The position numbers and the translations under genes were made by a program. DNA of 49,707 bases from Octopus bimaculoides. Taxonomy: Eukaryota. Of this stretch, positions 48,011 through 49,707 are shown piece after piece (within the stretch, counting starts at the first letter, position 1; each line of letters opens with the position of its first letter). The notes below the pieces were generated by a model, which saw only the letters and a list, made by a program, of their open reading frames with translations, was not told the DNA's origin and ran no database searches. The DNA is taken from positions 16,280,340-16,330,046 of the forward strand of contig NC_068983.1 of NCBI RefSeq assembly GCF_001194135.2. The letters are read 5' to 3'.

Positions 48011-49521
48011 TATTATGACCAGGTTCCAACCTGGGCCAAAATTATTTGCCATCAGCTACATCTGTCCCATCAGGGTCTGAAGATGCAGTGTCGTAAGTGC
48101 ATACATGTGCATACATTTCGTGTATTCATGTGTAATCAGTGTATTTTCTCACATTTGTATGTATGTATGTATGTATGTATAAATATATAAATGATTTAGA
48201 ATGAAAGTAAACTTCCAGCCTGCTTTGCACCTTCCCCTTTTTCCTTTCACTCTTCTTTATTCTCTCCACTCTGTCTTTTTCTCAATTTTTCTCCCCTCTA
48301 TCAATCCTCTTTCACCTAAATGAACTACAAGTGACTATATGTTTTGTGAATTATTAAAAATATAACTTAAGGACTTACAAAGTCCATAATAAAGCTCAAG
48401 GGTCTTGAAAAAGCAAAATTTATAATTTTGTTAAACTCAAATATGAGTCAAAAAGTAAATTCAACAATAGGTTTCTACACATTTTGTTAAACTTAACACT
48501 GAAGCTTTGTCTTAAAGTTTCCATGTAACATGTACCATTAATGTGTAAATCCCCTGTGAAGTGTACCACTAACTTTTGTCCTGTATATTACAAGTTTGAA
48601 AAGACTGAGAACCAGTGCTCTAATTTTTCATCTTCAAAGACCTAATGCACACATTTTCTCATTCTGTTTACATAATTAGAACCTCACAAACAGATGAAAC
48701 TTTCTGCAAAGAGACAAAATTTTCTTCTTCTGCCATCTAAATTGATTTATGAAATTAAATTTTGGGGTTATTAATTTGGAGAAAGTTGTATGAAGAAAAA
48801 TAAGTTACTTCAAATATATCTTTGTAAATGGAAAAGATACATATTTTTCTACTAATTGACACAACATAGAATGCTTATACAATTTCATTTTCCATAACAT
48901 ATGTGCAATATCTTGCGCGTGTTTTAAGGGAAACCTAATGAACCAACAAAACTAAAGAAAAAGAAAAAAAATTAAAAAAGGGGATAAAATGGACTTTTTA
49001 AAATAAAAATTATACAGATTTTTGACAGGTTAATTCAAACAGATTACTTGTTTCCAAAGAGTTAATTACAATCTTTAACACCTGTGAAATAAAAAGTTAG
49101 AACAAAAAAAGGCACATACAAAATTACAAGAATAGTAGAAGACAAGGATGAATAAAGTTTACTTTGTTTAAGAAGGTGATATAAAATATAGATGAGTTCA
49201 CTATCATAAATGATTTTTATTGAAATCATATGTCTTACATTTTAACTGTTACTATGTAAACACACAGGCATAGTTACAGATTCAGTCCAATTGCATTGCA
49301 CCTTGGGCAAGTGTTTCATGGCAATAAAGGACTTTTCACAGTCATAATTCTTTTTCCTCTTTTAGTTTAATCGAAAATATTTCCGCTGATTTTAATAATT
49401 CTCTTGCTTCTTTATTTAAACTAGAATTTTTTTTTGTCTATTATTCATTTGCAATATTGAAAATGAATTAAGAATTCATGTACATTCTGAACAATCATTT
49501 GGCTGAAGTAATTTAAAGTAT

Positions 49522-49674
49522 AGGCCTGGCTGTGCGGTAAGAAGCTTGTTTCCCAACCACATGGTTCTGAGTTCAGTTCCTCTGTGTGGAACCTTGGGCA
49601 AATATCTTCTACTGTAGCCTAGGGCCAACCAAAGCCTTGTGAGTGGATCTGGTAGAGAGAAACTGAAAGAAGCT

Positions 49675-49680
<6 letters not shown>
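49522..49680 (+). mobile_element. Family A SINE head and core running into (TA)n at the window end
   Basis: GGCCTGGCTGTGCGGTAAGAAGCTTGTTTCCCAACCACATGGTTCTGAGTTCAGTTCC...CCTTGGGCAAATATCTTCTACTGTAGCC. Confidence 0.85.

Positions 49681-49707
<27 letters not shown>

Overview
AT-rich, microsatellite-dense eukaryotic genomic DNA from a draft scaffold with five N-gaps. The tRNA-derived SINE repertoire makes an octopus genome likely (inference, not tested). The window is mostly non-coding and is a layered set of decayed mobile elements: several SINE families with interchangeable heads and tails, TTAA-flanked and TA-flanked MITEs, and five RTE-clade LINE remnants. It also holds the 3' end of a Ty3/gypsy LTR element whose pol stops right after RNase H, and a mariner derivative with two 5' ends facing each other. 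A decayed IS630/Tc1-like transposon with D34E spacing and long repeat-bearing TIRs is nested inside a MITE; the ORF track misses its transposase. Two Penelope-like termini carry a minimal hammerhead-ribozyme motif. A few small candidate exons on the minus strand suggest that at least part of the window lies in introns of an unidentified host gene. Most ORFs in the supplied track are spurious (microsatellite, gap or SINE read-through). Boundaries of old repeats are approximate; all alignments and translations were done by eye.
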